A DNA stretch of 63,829 bases, filler included, from Reticulomyxa filosa (Eukaryota > Protista > Foraminifera): assembly GCA_000512085.1 (NCBI GenBank). It is 19 parts of 19 records of this genome, joined end to end, with 100 filler letters (N's around TTAATTAATTAA, not from the genome) between each part and the next. Parts side by side here need not be neighbours in the genome. Positions count along the whole stretch, not along the records: positions 1 to 14,653 come from ASPP01009362.1; positions 14,754 to 16,833 come from ASPP01011226.1; positions 16,934 to 18,814 come from ASPP01014234.1; positions 18,915 to 24,316 come from ASPP01009404.1; positions 24,417 to 26,524 come from ASPP01011327.1; positions 26,625 to 33,881 come from ASPP01008256.1; 13 more parts are not named here. One strand, given 5' to 3'. Shown here piece after piece: positions 13,853-26,733 of the stretch. The translations under genes were made by a program, and so were the position numbers. The notes under the pieces were generated by a model. That model was not told where the DNA came from. It saw only the letters and a program-made list of their open reading frames with translations, and ran no database searches. Within the stretch, counting starts at the first letter, position 1, and each line of letters opens with the position of its first letter.

Positions 13853-14061
13853 GTCCCACCTTCACTGATGCGACCGAAGGGTGCCCTTTTTTTTTTTAGC
13901 ATTTTTTTGAGGGACAAAACAAAGCAATATGAATTGCACAGATAAATTGTTCAATTTGGTAAAAGAAAAGCAAGCAAGCAAACAAAAAAAATTAAAATGA
14001 GGAAAACACAGGAGAGCCCAGGGGGGGGAAAAAAAAGGAAATCTATTAATAAAAAAGAATC

Positions 14062-14508
14062 ATGTCGAACATTGTGGTTGAGAAGCTGGGTGCATTTTTG
14101 GGGAAGATAATAAAAGATTACAAAAAGCAGAAGCTAGATGTGTCTCTACTGAAAGGCAGTGTACAGCTGAAAGACTTTGGTTAGAAATGCGTATGTTGCC
14201 TTGTTTCTGAGCCCAAAACGTTGACAAAATGAAAGATGGTGGGAATGGCTCAATACAGAAGTGGACGTGAATGTGGTAAATATGTACATGGAATACTATG
14301 TGCCGTTTCTGCAAGTGACCAAATTGAAAGTGTCGAATGTGATATTGCAGTTGCCGAGCTATGTGTTAATAAAGAAATATGCAACGCTTGTGAAGATTGG
14401 ACATGTTGAGATGGAGTGTACACAAAGAGATATTTCCACGCCAAGTGTGGCAGAGTCGACGAAAAACGATTTACCGTTTTTGTCAACGGCTTCACAAGCT
14501 GAGCCAAC
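14062..14508 (+). CDS. Chorein-N domain lipid-transfer protein (VPS13/ATG2/BLTP3 family), 3'-truncated by contig end
   Basis: Exon 14062-14179 plus exon from 14259 gives MSNIVVEKLGAFLGKIIKDYKKQKLDVSLLKGSVQLKDFEVDVNVVN...LQVTKLKVSNVILQLP...VKIGHVEME, the chorein-N pattern. Confidence 0.7.
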
Positions 14509-14618
14509 GTAATGTATTTTATTTTTTTTAAATTTGTTTATTTACTTATTTTTATATTTTGTTTATCATTACAATCCTTAAGATAAGGGGGGGGGGATAA
14601 AAGGAGTTCTTTTTAATC

Positions 14619-14653
<35 letters not shown>

Positions 14654-14753
14654 NNNNNNNNNNNNNNNNNNNNNNNNNNNNNNNNNNNNNNNNNNNNTTA
14701 ATTAATTAANNNNNNNNNNNNNNNNNNNNNNNNNNNNNNNNNNNNNNNNNNNN
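14654..14753. other. Artificial contig spacer N44-TTAATTAATTAA-N44 (six-frame stop). 18 copies, starting at 14654, 16834, 18815, 24317, 26525, 33882, 35063, 36909, 38137, 40132, 41458, 43279, 46860, 50386, 56272, 59321, 61066, 62726
   Basis: Identical 100-nt structure each time; genes are truncated at these points. Confidence 0.99.
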
Positions 14754-14814
14754 AAAAAAAAAAAGGAGGAAATCATAATTTAAAAAAATTGGGTGGAAAA
14801 AAAAATTGCAAAAC

Positions 14815-15119
14815 TTGGTCTTCACCCCAATATTGTTCCATTTTTGCTATGAACTTCAATGCCACGCTTTTGCAAGTTTTCTTGTCGTATCCACGCTTTA
14901 CCCTGTTTGTCAATCCGAAATAGTGATGTTTGGTTTGGTATGATTTTTTTGTTTTGTTTTTATTTTTGCTTTTGGAAGTAGTTCGGTTGCACGGTACACG
15001 TACCACGAATAACCACCTCTCCCAATCGTTTCTCCAATGTACCATCGACCGACTGAGCGCAGCTGAGGTGTTGTTGTTGCAGACAGAACACTCTCTTTCA
15101 CAGTTTGCTCTTGTTGCAT
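14815..15119 (-). CDS. Ser/Thr protein kinase N-lobe (CAMK/AMPK-like), partial
   Basis: VGRWYIGETIGRGGYSW|VKRGYDKKTCKSVALKFI; intron 15003-14903. Confidence 0.8.
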
Positions 15120-15673
15120 GATTTTCTGCTTTAACAACTGGAAATTACTTAAAAACACTGAATGTATATCCCTTTTTTTTGTTCGTCTTTTTTTACCGTG
15201 CGCGCTACTAGGTACCGCAATACCCTTTTTGTCAATTTCCTTTCCATGCAATTACAGTTTGTGCCTTTATCAAGTTTGATTATGTTGCAAATGATTAGTC
15301 GGTGTAGCGTATTGATTTTTGCTGTTATCATATGGAATAAAATTTTTACGTTGAAACAGCACCATTTTTTAGAACCACATAAAAAAAGTCGAACATTGAA
15401 GAAGATTTGCCAAAACAAAGATTAGTTTCAATAAAATTTATATTTACTCATAGCAAAGGGATGTAAAACAATAACCCCAAACCGAAAGAGAGTAAGGTTC
15501 AGCTCCAATATGACCAATTTCCAAATTGAAAAGCAAGCACTTTACAACCAATTGCAAAAATATTGAATTGAACAAATGATCCAATTAGTAGTTTTGTTTC
15601 AAAAACGATTCTAAAAAAGTCGTGAAAGAACTTTAAACTTATACTCTAGTTTTTTACTCAATTGCTAAAACAA

Positions 15674-16660
15674 ATGGACGAAAAATATCTCGAGGAGACT
15701 CTTGTCAATGACCTTTTAGAAGCAAAAGGAGCAAAAAGAGGAACACTAGTTCAAAAGAGGAACTCCACGCAACAAAAGAAAAGTTAAAGCAATATTACAA
15801 ATTACAAGACAAGTTGGTTCCATTATTTGATGATCCCGGACAATCCATTGAAACCTGTTACATTAGATTGGCTCTTTTGACTCAAAAACGATTTCAAGAG
15901 CAGAAAGAAAAATGACAAACAATGAAAAAGCTGAAAAAGACGAAGAAGCAGATGAAAAGTATAAAGAAGAAAATGGAAAATGGCCAAATTCTTTGGATTA
16001 TTCGTTAATCTATGAAAACAAAACAGAAATAATAAAAATACAAGATATTTGGAATGATAAACAAAATGGATCAAAGGTTCGTCACATTAGTATTCGCGGA
16101 AAAGCCGGTAGTGGAAAAAGTGTATTGCATCAAAGAATTGCATATTTATGAGCCAAGGATCAAATGTGGAATAATAAATTTCGATCGTTAACTGCACATT
16201 ACCTTGAGAAAAATTATTAATATTTTTAATCAAAATCATAACACTGGTGATGAATATAAAGATGAAAGTAGTGAAGATATTGAAAATCATTGGTCAAAAA
16301 TTTTGAATACATTACATATTCCACAATGGGATACGAATGACGCCAAACATATAATGCATTCGATGAATGGATTGCTATTGTTAGATGGCTTCGCTGAAAT
16401 TGCAAATGAAATTGAGAAAAAAAATCTGATTTACAAGAATGGTTTTTACATTACACTACCAATGAAAAGTATTATGTAATAACAACAAGTCGTCCTAATG
16501 CAATATGTTCATATCTAAATAATCCACAAATATTAAATGTGATTGGATTTCATTCACGAGATATTCAAAATTATGTTTATGCTTATTTCCAAAATATTCA
16601 AATTGATCTCAAGGACAACTAACAAGCAGATTTGTTGATAAAGAAATTGAATGAAAATCC
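15674..16660 (+). pseudogene. NACHT-domain NTPase pseudogene
   Basis: Walker A IRGKAGSGKS followed by RIAYL-TGA (Trp to stop at 16149); Walker B LLLDGFAE; ITTSRP motif; multiple stops and frameshifts. Confidence 0.8.
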
Positions 16661-16933
16661 AATATCCGAGCCAAATGAAGAAATGATACAGTATGTTGAA
16701 TACATAAAATGCCACATTATGAAGATTATTGATTTTCTACATGAAAAACATACATTTAATACTAATTTTTTTTTAAAAAATGTCTACAAATGTTATAATT
16801 TTTACATTTTAAATTTTTTTTTTTTTTTTTTTTNNNNNNNNNNNNNNNNNNNNNNNNNNNNNNNNNNNNNNNNNNNNTTAATTAATTAANNNNNNNNNNN
16901 NNNNNNNNNNNNNNNNNNNNNNNNNNNNNNNNN

Positions 16934-16971
<38 letters not shown>

Positions 16972-17060
16972 AAATGTCGCATTAATGCTGTTGCTTCCTT
17001 TCTTTCCCTTCTTCCTTTTTTTTTTTTTTTTTTAAAATTCAAAACAAACAAATAAAAAAC

Positions 17061-17686
17061 CTGTTTGTCCATATGCAATAAGCATCGCATTAAATCCTAT
17101 TCAAATTATTTTGTGGTTAAGAGTAGTTCAAACGTGCATTTCATCAACAGACAATTAATTTTTGCAGCAACATACCTTGAAGAACATTCTGCAACAATGG
17201 GACACATGCTTCTTCAAAAACCTTTCAAATATTAATTTCATGCACTTATTTCAACTTCAAAGACAAAGTAAAAACATAATAATAAAAAAGTTATCCCCTC
17301 CCTTTTTTTTTTTTTTTTTTTTTCTCTACCCCACTATTTCTCTAATGGTCCGTGTCCAGACAGGGAGACAGATCAGATACTTCACTGTATGATTGTTCTT
17401 GGGCATCAAACACTTTGGTGAATTCATATGCTTTTTGACTTTCTTCAATTTGTCGGGTTGTAGAAGAAGGCTGTGAACGATGAATAATTGTACTGTCTCC
17501 TTTGCATTTGCACGACACTATATCCGATTCCCATGCCATTATTCGGCGCAACCGAGCGTATATTTTTATTCCGCCAGGATTGTCACTTTTCTGCTCATAT
17601 TCCACTCTTTCGGATGAACCATTGTTTATAGATGTGGCCAGACGGGTTCGAAGTAGCAAAGATGACTTTGGACTTACTTTATTCAT
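17061..17686 (-). CDS. Kinesin motor domain, N-terminal part, truncated by contig end
   Basis: IKIYARLRR...YEFTKVFD..|VFEEACVPLLQNVLQG|FNAMLIAYGQTG. Confidence 0.85.
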
Positions 17687-18119
17687 TTTACTTTAATATT
17701 CCTCTTTTTTTTTTGCTGGCCTCTTTTGCTTTTCTGCAGCGTTCTGACCCATATGCAGTGAGGTATGAAAATATAGAAACAAACACAGCCAAAACAAGGA
17801 CAGTCTTTACAGTAGCATTAAGACAGTGTGAACAAAATTCAAAAAATGCAGTATTTCAAACAGGTAGAAATTGCTATTCTGTTTAAAGCCTAGAGTTTGC
17901 AATGTGCTGTTCAAGGATTAGACATTATATATTTTAGCATTCATCTTTTTCCTTTCTAAAGCACTACAAAAAAAGTATAAAGGAAAAATTTAAAAAATCC
18001 TTGTATTGAATCATCTCATACACTTTATCTCAATAGGAGATTTTTTGCTGAGAAATTTGGAGAGAAAAAAAAAGAAACTGACACGTGCAAACAACAACAA
18101 CTTAAAAAAGAGTGAATGA

Positions 18120-18739
18120 ATGCCTGCAATTGACAAGACTTACCGTGTGTTGTTCGGCTCGCGTTGTTGGTGTGGGTGGGTCTACTTTTGCCACTGGTAA
18201 GCTATTATTTGTACGAGTACATAAAGTATGGCAAGCATCCGGTGATCCAAAAGAGATACTCAATGATAGTATTTGCCCTAAATGTAACAGTAATTGTGTA
18301 TTTATTAGTCGAAAAAGTACTTAACATCCTTCTAACAGTCTTGGACACGATTCCAGATTCCGGCCCTGTTCATATGGCAGTATTCTCCATTGAGTTACTG
18401 GTTAACAATCTTTGCATGCTCGGAGTTGCATATTTGTACGCTCTACGGAATTACTTGATTTGCTATGACTTGCATTACATTTCCAAAACAAGTGAGTCCA
18501 CCCAAAAAAAAAAAAAAACCTTTAAAAAACTATTGCCTCAACCTGTTTGTATACGTATACGTTTAAATAAATATTTATTTATTTGTGTATTAATAAGCAT
18601 CTCAAGAGTGGGCAGTAAAAATCAATCCGGATGCATTTAAAGGGAGTTGGTACTTGCAGCATAAAGGTACCTATGGTAATCCACGTTACATGTGTCGCTT
18701 CGTTGTTCCGCTGTACTTACTATCATTCGCTGCGTTGAC
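18120..18739 (+). CDS. Multi-pass membrane protein, possibly 7TM-RGS/GPCR-like, partial
   Basis: Three to four hydrophobic helices with KHPVIQKRY after TM1; intron about 18492-18597; probable 1-nt indel near 18158. Confidence 0.5.
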
Positions 18740-18767
18740 GTATGTATCTTGAGGCAACTTTATTATT

Positions 18768-18802
<35 letters not shown>

Positions 18803-18914
18803 GGGGGAAAAAAANNNNNNNNNNNNNNNNNNNNNNNNNNNNNNNNNNNNNNNNNNNNTTAATTAATTAANNNNNNNNNNNNNNNNNNNNNNNNNNNNNN
18901 NNNNNNNNNNNNNN

Positions 18915-18965
<51 letters not shown>

Positions 18966-18981
18966 TTATTTATAAACAAAC

Positions 18982-19591
18982 CTGTGTCACTGAGGGTGGC
19001 AAGTGTAATATCTTGAAACCTTCCTCTTTTTGTCAGATAAGACGTATACTCCCATTCCCATTGTAATGGAGGACCGAACATCAATCCTCCGTCTGTGACA
19101 GGGGTCAGTGCATTGATGGCCAACAGGTTACGATCACGACCGAAATATGCGTATCCTCCTACGATCAAGACAGAGATATTACTGTCGCGCATCCATTGCC
19201 CACTCTTATTTGTGTCTTGCAATAGTACTCTCGTCGGCAACTCGCTCGGATATACCCAACCAAACGATGTGCTTTCCCTTGGTATCCCTGCCTGCTCTTT
19301 CGCGTAGTCGTCCAGTGTCACTGCATATATCGGTGACAATTGTCCTATTATACTGTCCAACGCGATCTGCTTTGCTGATATCACCTGCAGAAATTCTTTC
19401 AATGTACTCAGCGACGGTTCTCTGTCGTTCATCACTTCCTCGAAGTTCAACTCAAAATACCCAACGTCATCCTTCGCTACTGCCAAGTACGAAAAATGAT
19501 TCGCTTTGTACTGCGTCTTTTGGATCCCAAAGGGACCAAGTTTATTAGGAAATACGTCTTTTGGAAAATTGTTGTCATAATGTACTTGCAT
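18982..19591 (-). CDS. Hypothetical protein (partial), divergent from the EF-Tu paralog
   Basis: About 200-codon GC-richer open frame ending at a GT donor followed by a TA repeat. Confidence 0.65.
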
Positions 19592-20033
19592 GTTACTATT
19601 TTATCTTTTTTTTTTCCTCCAAATTATATTATCTTTATTATTATTATTTTCGTTTATATTTTTTTTTCATGTTCCCTCTCTTTCCTCCCCTCCGTCAAAC
19701 CTTGTTTTTCTTTTTGAACAACTTCTTACTCTTAATGCCAAAAAAGATGTGACACATTTTTTTTCGCCAAAGGAAATGTTTTGGCGTTTCGGTTCTTCTT
19801 TTAATTCTTTTTACTAACGAATTTGAAAAAAGATAAATTAGATGATGCAACGAAAGAATACAACGGATTTTTTGGTATTTTTTAAGATGTAGTTCGTCAT
19901 GTTGTTATTTATTACGTGAACCGTGAAAAAGTACTTGCTCAGCTGCACACAAAGGTCGTCCAAAAAACTTCTAGTAATTTCGGTGTTTCCCCCTTTCCAT
20001 TTCTCGCTATATGTTTGTGTTGAAAGACGAAAA

Positions 20034-21743
20034 ATGCTACGATTTGCGCACTGTTTGAAGAGATCACCACTGTTTGGCATTCGTTATTTTTCGGGTTTGT
20101 CATATCAGGGTGCAGTGCGTGTGAAGGACCATGTGAACGTGGGTTGCGTGGGCGATGAAAGACATGGGAAGACATCACTGGCACACGCCATATGCAAAGT
20201 ACTGAGCGACATACCACAGTCAGACTCGCACACAATAGACTTTATGGCCCTAAATAAGTCAAAGTTAGCACTAAAGAAAGAAGACGGACACAATTTCCAT
20301 AACTTTGAATACGAAACACCTACTCGTCATTACCTGCACTGTGACAACCCAGGGTCTTTGGATTACATGAGCAATCTCATCACAGGCTCGTCGCAATTGG
20401 ACTGTATTGTCCTTTGTGTCAGCGCCGTAGACGGAATCGGCCCAATTTTCAAAGAGCAAATGCTTGTGTTGAAATACACAAACATTCATAAAGAAAAACT
20501 GCCTTTGATTGTCTTTGTCAACAAATTGGACCATCCTTCTTTCGATGTCGAGTTGCTTCCTTTGGTCGAACTCGAAGTAAAGGATCATCTCAAATCACTT
20601 GGTTTTGACAGTTTATAGAATTTATATTTATATATACATATACATATGCATATACATATGCTATCTCTCTCTCTCTCTCTCTCTCTGTCTTGCGCTACGC
20701 ACATGCACGCACGTATACGTATCCCAATGAGGAGCGCATGTTCGGGGTTTACATGTGTATATTACCTGCGGCATGTAAACTGTGTGCATGTACGTGTACG
20801 TATACACGCGTACGTTTACATGTATGTGTATATGCATGCACATATTTATTAAAAAAAAAAAAAAAAAAAGACATCGAAAATTCCATTTATATATGGCTCC
20901 GCTTTAGCGGCAACGGAGTCTCGTGAAACAAAGATTGGGAAAGAGCCGATATTAAGATTGATAAACGAACTGGATAAATTTGAATTGTTAAACAAAGAGA
21001 AAGAAAAAACAAATGAGGAAAATAAAGACTTTGTAATGCCAATACAAATCGTGTATAATTTGACAGGTGTTGGAATAGCGGTGATTGGGAAAGTGTTGCA
21101 AGGGAGCGTGGAGACACAAGAGAATGTGGAGTTGTATGGTGCGTGGAAAAAGCCAAGCACGACAACAGCTAAAGATCAGGCCAAATTGAAAAGTAAGAGC
21201 AGCGGATTGCAATCGGCACAACAAAAGCCCTTAAATGGGAGTGTGGGGAGTTTGAAACTGTTTGGCAAGTCGATCAAATGTGGCCTGCCCAGAGACTATC
21301 TCGGTGTTGCCTTGCATAGCAACAACATCACCACAAAGAATGTCAGACGTGGGATGACGGTCATTTTGAAACGCAAAACTCAAAAAAAAGGGTCCGACGG
21401 CGATAGCGACGACAACCCCGTCGAACATTGGAAACACACGTGGTCATGGACCTGTCAACTCACTTTGCTCGACGAACAACTTGGAGGCCGTCGCACGCCC
21501 ATTCAGAGTGGCTTTATGCCCACCTTTTATTTTTTGACCACAGAAGTCACTGGCACTGTGGACCTGCTTGATGTCTCCGGGTCGAAGGACCCCAATCTTA
21601 TGCTCTCCCCTGGAGACACCTCGACCCGTGTTCAAGTCACACTTTTGGAGTCGTGTGTCGTTTGGAAAGGCTTGACCTTTGTCGTCAGGGAACGTGGCCA
21701 GACCATTGGCTACGGTACTATTCTTGATGCCGTTGAAATTTAG
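20034..21743 (+). CDS. Highly divergent mitochondrial-type elongation factor Tu paralog (probable pseudo-GTPase), 2 exons
   Basis: Presequence MLRFAHCLKRSPLFGIRYFS; HVNVGCVGDERHGKTS, EYETPTRHYLHCDNPGS, FVNKLD, ELLPLVELEV, YGSAL, GGRRTPIQSGFMPTFYFLTTEVTG, PGD, FVVRERGQTIGYG. Intron about 20611-20870, with a 1-nt phase discrepancy. Confidence 0.9.
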
Positions 21744-22121
21744 TTGTTTTTTTTTTTTTTTAATTTGAATTATTAGTTTCTTAATTTTTTTTTGAGGGGG
21801 GGAGGAGGAGGAGAGGTACCTCCTCTTTTGTTTGTTTATCAAAAAAACTTGTATGTTTTTTAAACTCTTTTAGAACTCGATTACACGCACACACACACAC
21901 AACTCCGTTTATTGACGAGGATCCAGAACATCTCAAATTTTACTGATTTTTTTGTAAACTCTTTCAAAAAGAAACTTGGACTCCAAAAACAAATGGTCGT
22001 CATGTGAGAATCATAACCGTAGCTACAAAATTTGGACAGGTTTGAAAGATTTTGTAGAGCCCTTTTTTCTTCCTCTCTGCATTTGCTTGATCTTCGGCTT
22101 TTTTGTTTGGACAATTTACTA

Positions 22122-24004
22122 ATGCTGCAATGTCTCGAGTGGCTTCGTTCATGGCGGCCACGAAAACACCGCCATGGAGCAAAACAAATCGTTTTTGCGT
22201 CTCGTGATATCCTTCAACATCTACTGTCATATTTGCCTTTTAGTGACATTTGTTCATGTGCGCAAATTTCTTCATATTGGAATCTAATGTCAGACTTTTC
22301 ATTATTGGAAAGGTAAAAAAACTTTTTGCTTGTGTTTCCCCCTGTCTACGCTGAGACCTACACTTTTTTTTTTGTAAAACGGACTACAGAGAAGTCAAAA
22401 AAAGATGGTTGCATAGCAAAAAATTAAACGATATGCAACAACAGCTAGAAATAGTTCCTTTTGAGATTGACCAAGCAGAAGTCTACTGGAAGCATCGAAT
22501 TCTGATAAGAGAGTGCATACAAAAGTCTTTTGGTATAATACCCATATTGTAGTATTATCTAATTGAAAATGTAAATAAAGACTTTTTTTCTTCTGGTCAC
22601 TGCAACAGAACATACAAAAGACACATTTGAACAAATGGAACAAATAATGGCGTTTATGGAATTTCATAGCAACGATGTATCGGTCCAAATTGAAGGATTG
22701 CGATGGGTAATTGAAATTTTTGAGTTTTCGCCAAATAAAAGCACACAAAACGGTTGTACTACTTTACAAACAGTTTTAATTGAAAATAATAATCTTGGCA
22801 AAGCTAGTTCTCCCAAAATACCTCAGTGCTCGCCTAGTTCGTTGTCTTCTTTAGTCACAATACTGCAACAACACATGCATCAACCTTCAGTAGTTGCAAT
22901 CATCAGTAAAGCGCTCGGGATTTGGGCAATCCAAGGTCTTATGATATTTTCATTTATTTGTTTGTGATGAGAGGCTTAAAAAAAGGGGTATTTTGGTTAA
23001 TTTTCTGTTTGGTGTTGTTCAGAACAAAATCGACAGTATATTGGAGGAACTAAAGCAATGAAATTGTTCAAAAACTGCATTTCCTATAATTTTGAGCAAG
23101 TAAAAAAACAATGGAATGCACACTGCTTCGATGAATTGTCTAAGAACATGTTATGTTTATGCAATCTTTTGTGGTCACTTGTAATTATCAGTAGGCCTTT
23201 AGGAGGAATAGAAGGTGAAGCTTATCAAAGAAATGAAATTGAAAATTATCATAATGTTTCAATAATGAACAATCTGCGAATTCATTGTTCAGTGTTATCA
23301 ATAATCGAATATTTCGTTCGAGCAAAAGGACAACTAACACCAGAAACTATTGTCGGTGAAGCAAATTTTTATCTGTCTGACTCAGTCTACTTTGACTCAG
23401 AGCCGGAGCCATCCTTACAAGATAATGCGATCAGCTCAGATCATGCTCACTTAGTTTTAAGCAAATGCTATTGGCTGATGGTTAACTTGTCGTTAATTGA
23501 AGAAACTAAAAAATATTTAATTGACAATCACCTTATCGAATACATTGTCAATTCTCTTCAAATATATTCAAGTGCACTGTACAAAGAACTACAATATCGG
23601 GCTTGTTTTGCTCTAATTAACCTATGTATTCGTGGCCACGCTAAAAAACAAGTGTTGAAATATTGTGCAATTCCACTCATTATTCAGGCAATGAATCGAT
23701 TTTCAAACTGCTATTATTTTCAAAAATGTTGTACCAATGTCATTCGATCATTGTGTGCAACACATGGCTATTACACAGGTGCGTTTTTTTTCTCGATTTG
23801 TTGTTCGTTCTAAACTCCCTTCTTCCTTTTTTTGAAAGCCAAAAACCAATAAAAATAGAGGACGACTACATCATTTGTGAAACTATCCAAAAATATGAAG
23901 GGACGAAGGCTCTTAAGAAAATTAAAGAAAATTTTCCAACACAATCCAGTCTATTGTCTTTGGCTAACACTACCTTACATTTTATTCACCTTGCGTCTCA
24001 GTAA
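22122..24004 (+). CDS. F-box plus armadillo-repeat protein, 5 exons
   Basis: F-box DILQHLLSYLPFSDICSCAQISSYWNLMS; ARM-like repeats (SVQIEGLRW, ELQYRACFALINL, IPLIIQAMNRF); all introns phase-consistent GT-AG. Confidence 0.75.
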
Positions 24005-26274
24005 ACGAAACTCCAATTAAATTGGAATCTTGTGAAAACATAATAAATTGAATGAATTAGACGCCTCTTTTTAATTTGTTTTTGCCTCTGTTTTTTATTG
24101 TAACATTGTTTAATCTGTACGTGTGATTACTTAAAATTATTTAAGAATAATTAGAACTTTGAAAAATTAGTTAAAAAAGAAAAAATCTTGAGTTTTTCAT
24201 TGCAAAAAAAGATTTTTATGTGAATATTGACAAAGAAATATTGAAAAAAAAACAAAAAAGAAAAGGGAAGAAAAAAAAAAAAAATAAATAAAATAAAAAC
24301 AACGAAATAACTAAGTNNNNNNNNNNNNNNNNNNNNNNNNNNNNNNNNNNNNNNNNNNNNTTAATTAATTAANNNNNNNNNNNNNNNNNNNNNNNNNNNN
24401 NNNNNNNNNNNNNNNNTGTTTGTTTTTCATTAAGAAAATCTATCATCTTCATAAGGTGGCGTTTTAGGCGTTCAGTTTTTTTTGCAACATACTGTAAATT
24501 ATCCTATGACATTGTTTCAGGACAACATTCATTTACAAATTTAAGTGATATGTCTTTTGCTGATTGACTTTTCATTGGAATTGCAACATATCCCGTGAAG
24601 AACTCTATTATCGATAACTATAATTTGTTTCAGGTGATTTGCCAACTATGTACATAGCCACAATGTATAATACTCTTGTTGCATAGAAGTGTTGAATCCA
24701 TACTGACTTTGGATCGGCTCTTAGTTTTGTCACTTAGCAATTGAAATTCTTCTCAAAATTTTTTCAAGTATTTGTCAATTACTTGTAAGTATAATCTTTC
24801 TTTAATTAAGGTTACAATCTTTTTGAACCGGAATGCTGTGATAATGCATTTGAATGAAAATAAGCAAGTATGTCATGCTTCAACATACCATGTACTACAA
24901 TTTTGATAGTACATGTTATTAAATTCGTTTTCTATTGACAGATCCTTCTTATTAAATAATGAATGCTAACTCGAATGAAGGTCTACATTGTCGTTTTTCC
25001 TTCTGACAGTTTCCTTTTTATGTTTTTTATTTCGCTATAGTGTTCCCGAGATTCTACGTCGAATAATTTGTCGAAATTTCTTATTTCTCGTGATAATTCA
25101 AATGCTTTTTCGATTTGGCATTGAACATCGTTAAGATTATTTTCTTTGTGTTTATGCTTTTTTATTTAATCTTGATAACTATTAACTCCAATAATTGTTC
25201 TGATTTCTCCAATTACGATTACGATGATATTTTATTTGAAATGCCTTTTCTGTTCATTATCTCCTTGTATGTCACAATATTTGAACACTTTGTCTGAATT
25301 TTTATTAACTAACTAATTAGTTTTTGATCAACGTTTTGATCTTATCTTTAGCTTTCTTGGACTGCACTTTCCGTTTATATTAATGTCTTCGGCTCTTTGT
25401 TCAATATTATATGTCTCGTAGTCCATGTATTGCTTACAGAAGCGCTTGCATTAACATATCATCAAATGGTTTTATTCTATTCATTGCAGGGACATTGCGC
25501 TCTTCTGCATATTCTTGCTATCTGCTTTGATTCAAAAAGGTGTTATACATACATGCAAGGTAAATAATGAAATTAATTATAAACTTTATAAAGAAATATT
25601 TAAAAATATCATATTGAACATTGTGCATTGTACAGATTATGAACATAACAGTTGATGTCAAACATGACAATCTTGTTACAAAATCAAGATATTCAAAAAA
25701 CGTTACATCAAATTTCACAAAAAAATTCAAAAGAATCAAATTTTAATTGTTGTTCAAGTCTAATTTTTAAAAAGTATCTACGTGACTTAAAGATTCCCAA
25801 AAAAGATTAAAGATTTTGCAGGAGTGCACATAAACAAAACATTCATTTGCAAGATAAAATTTTTAAAATCATATGAAAAGATGAAATTTTATTTATTCAA
25901 TTTTTTCTGTAACCTCTGCATATCTCTAATATTATCAGCTTACAATACCGATAATTGAAATAAATCCTTCGTGTTTAATAACATTAACCGAACCAAAACA
26001 AGTTCAAATTGTGATACATTGATTTTTTATCTTTAAAATCTTGATTTAATCTTTTTCGATCATATTTGATTCAATCACTTTCACACAAATTAATCTTCGT
26101 TTCATCTAAAAGGATATCTTTTCATAATAATCTGCGATCGAATGTTTACTCGTAGTAATAAGACTATCTTCAAATTTAGCTTTTTCTTTTTCTATTTGAA
26201 AGGTTTTTGTTAGTTTGGTTGCTACCCGTTTTTTAAATGAAAATTGATGTGAACGTTCGTATTTTATTATCGAA

Positions 26275-26524
26275 ATGACAGAAAGCATAGAAAAGAAAGA
26301 TGAAGAAGAAGAACAGATATTTACATATTTGAAGAGCACAGCCAAAATAGATGGTGAAGAAGCCTCAAAGATCGCCTCTTACTTGCGTCGAAAGGAAAAA
26401 ATAACACAAGGGGAAGACATTGCAATATTGGAGCCACAACAATGGAAAGAAGCTTTTGCACACGTACAATTGACTCTGACTTCAAAGAAAAAGCTATTGA
26501 AAATGGCGAATAAAATACGTGAAA
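26275..26524 (+). CDS. Hypothetical protein with a SAM-like helical N-terminus, partial
   Basis: Open frame from ATG to contig end. Confidence 0.45.
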
Positions 26525-26733
26525 NNNNNNNNNNNNNNNNNNNNNNNNNNNNNNNNNNNNNNNNNNNNTTAATTAATTAANNNNNNNNNNNNNNNNNNNN
26601 NNNNNNNNNNNNNNNNNNNNNNNNTTTTTTTTTTTTATTGTTTGTTTTTTGTTTGAATTTTTTCCTGTCTTTTCTATCTTTCCCTCCCTCCCCCTTTCCT
26701 CTTCTTTTTTTTTGCTATCTTCCAATTCTTTAC

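Noticed and set aside
24417-25520. Coding-like degenerate sequence on the minus strand
   Set aside because: It has many stops and no recognisable motif; possibly an old pseudogene but not assignable
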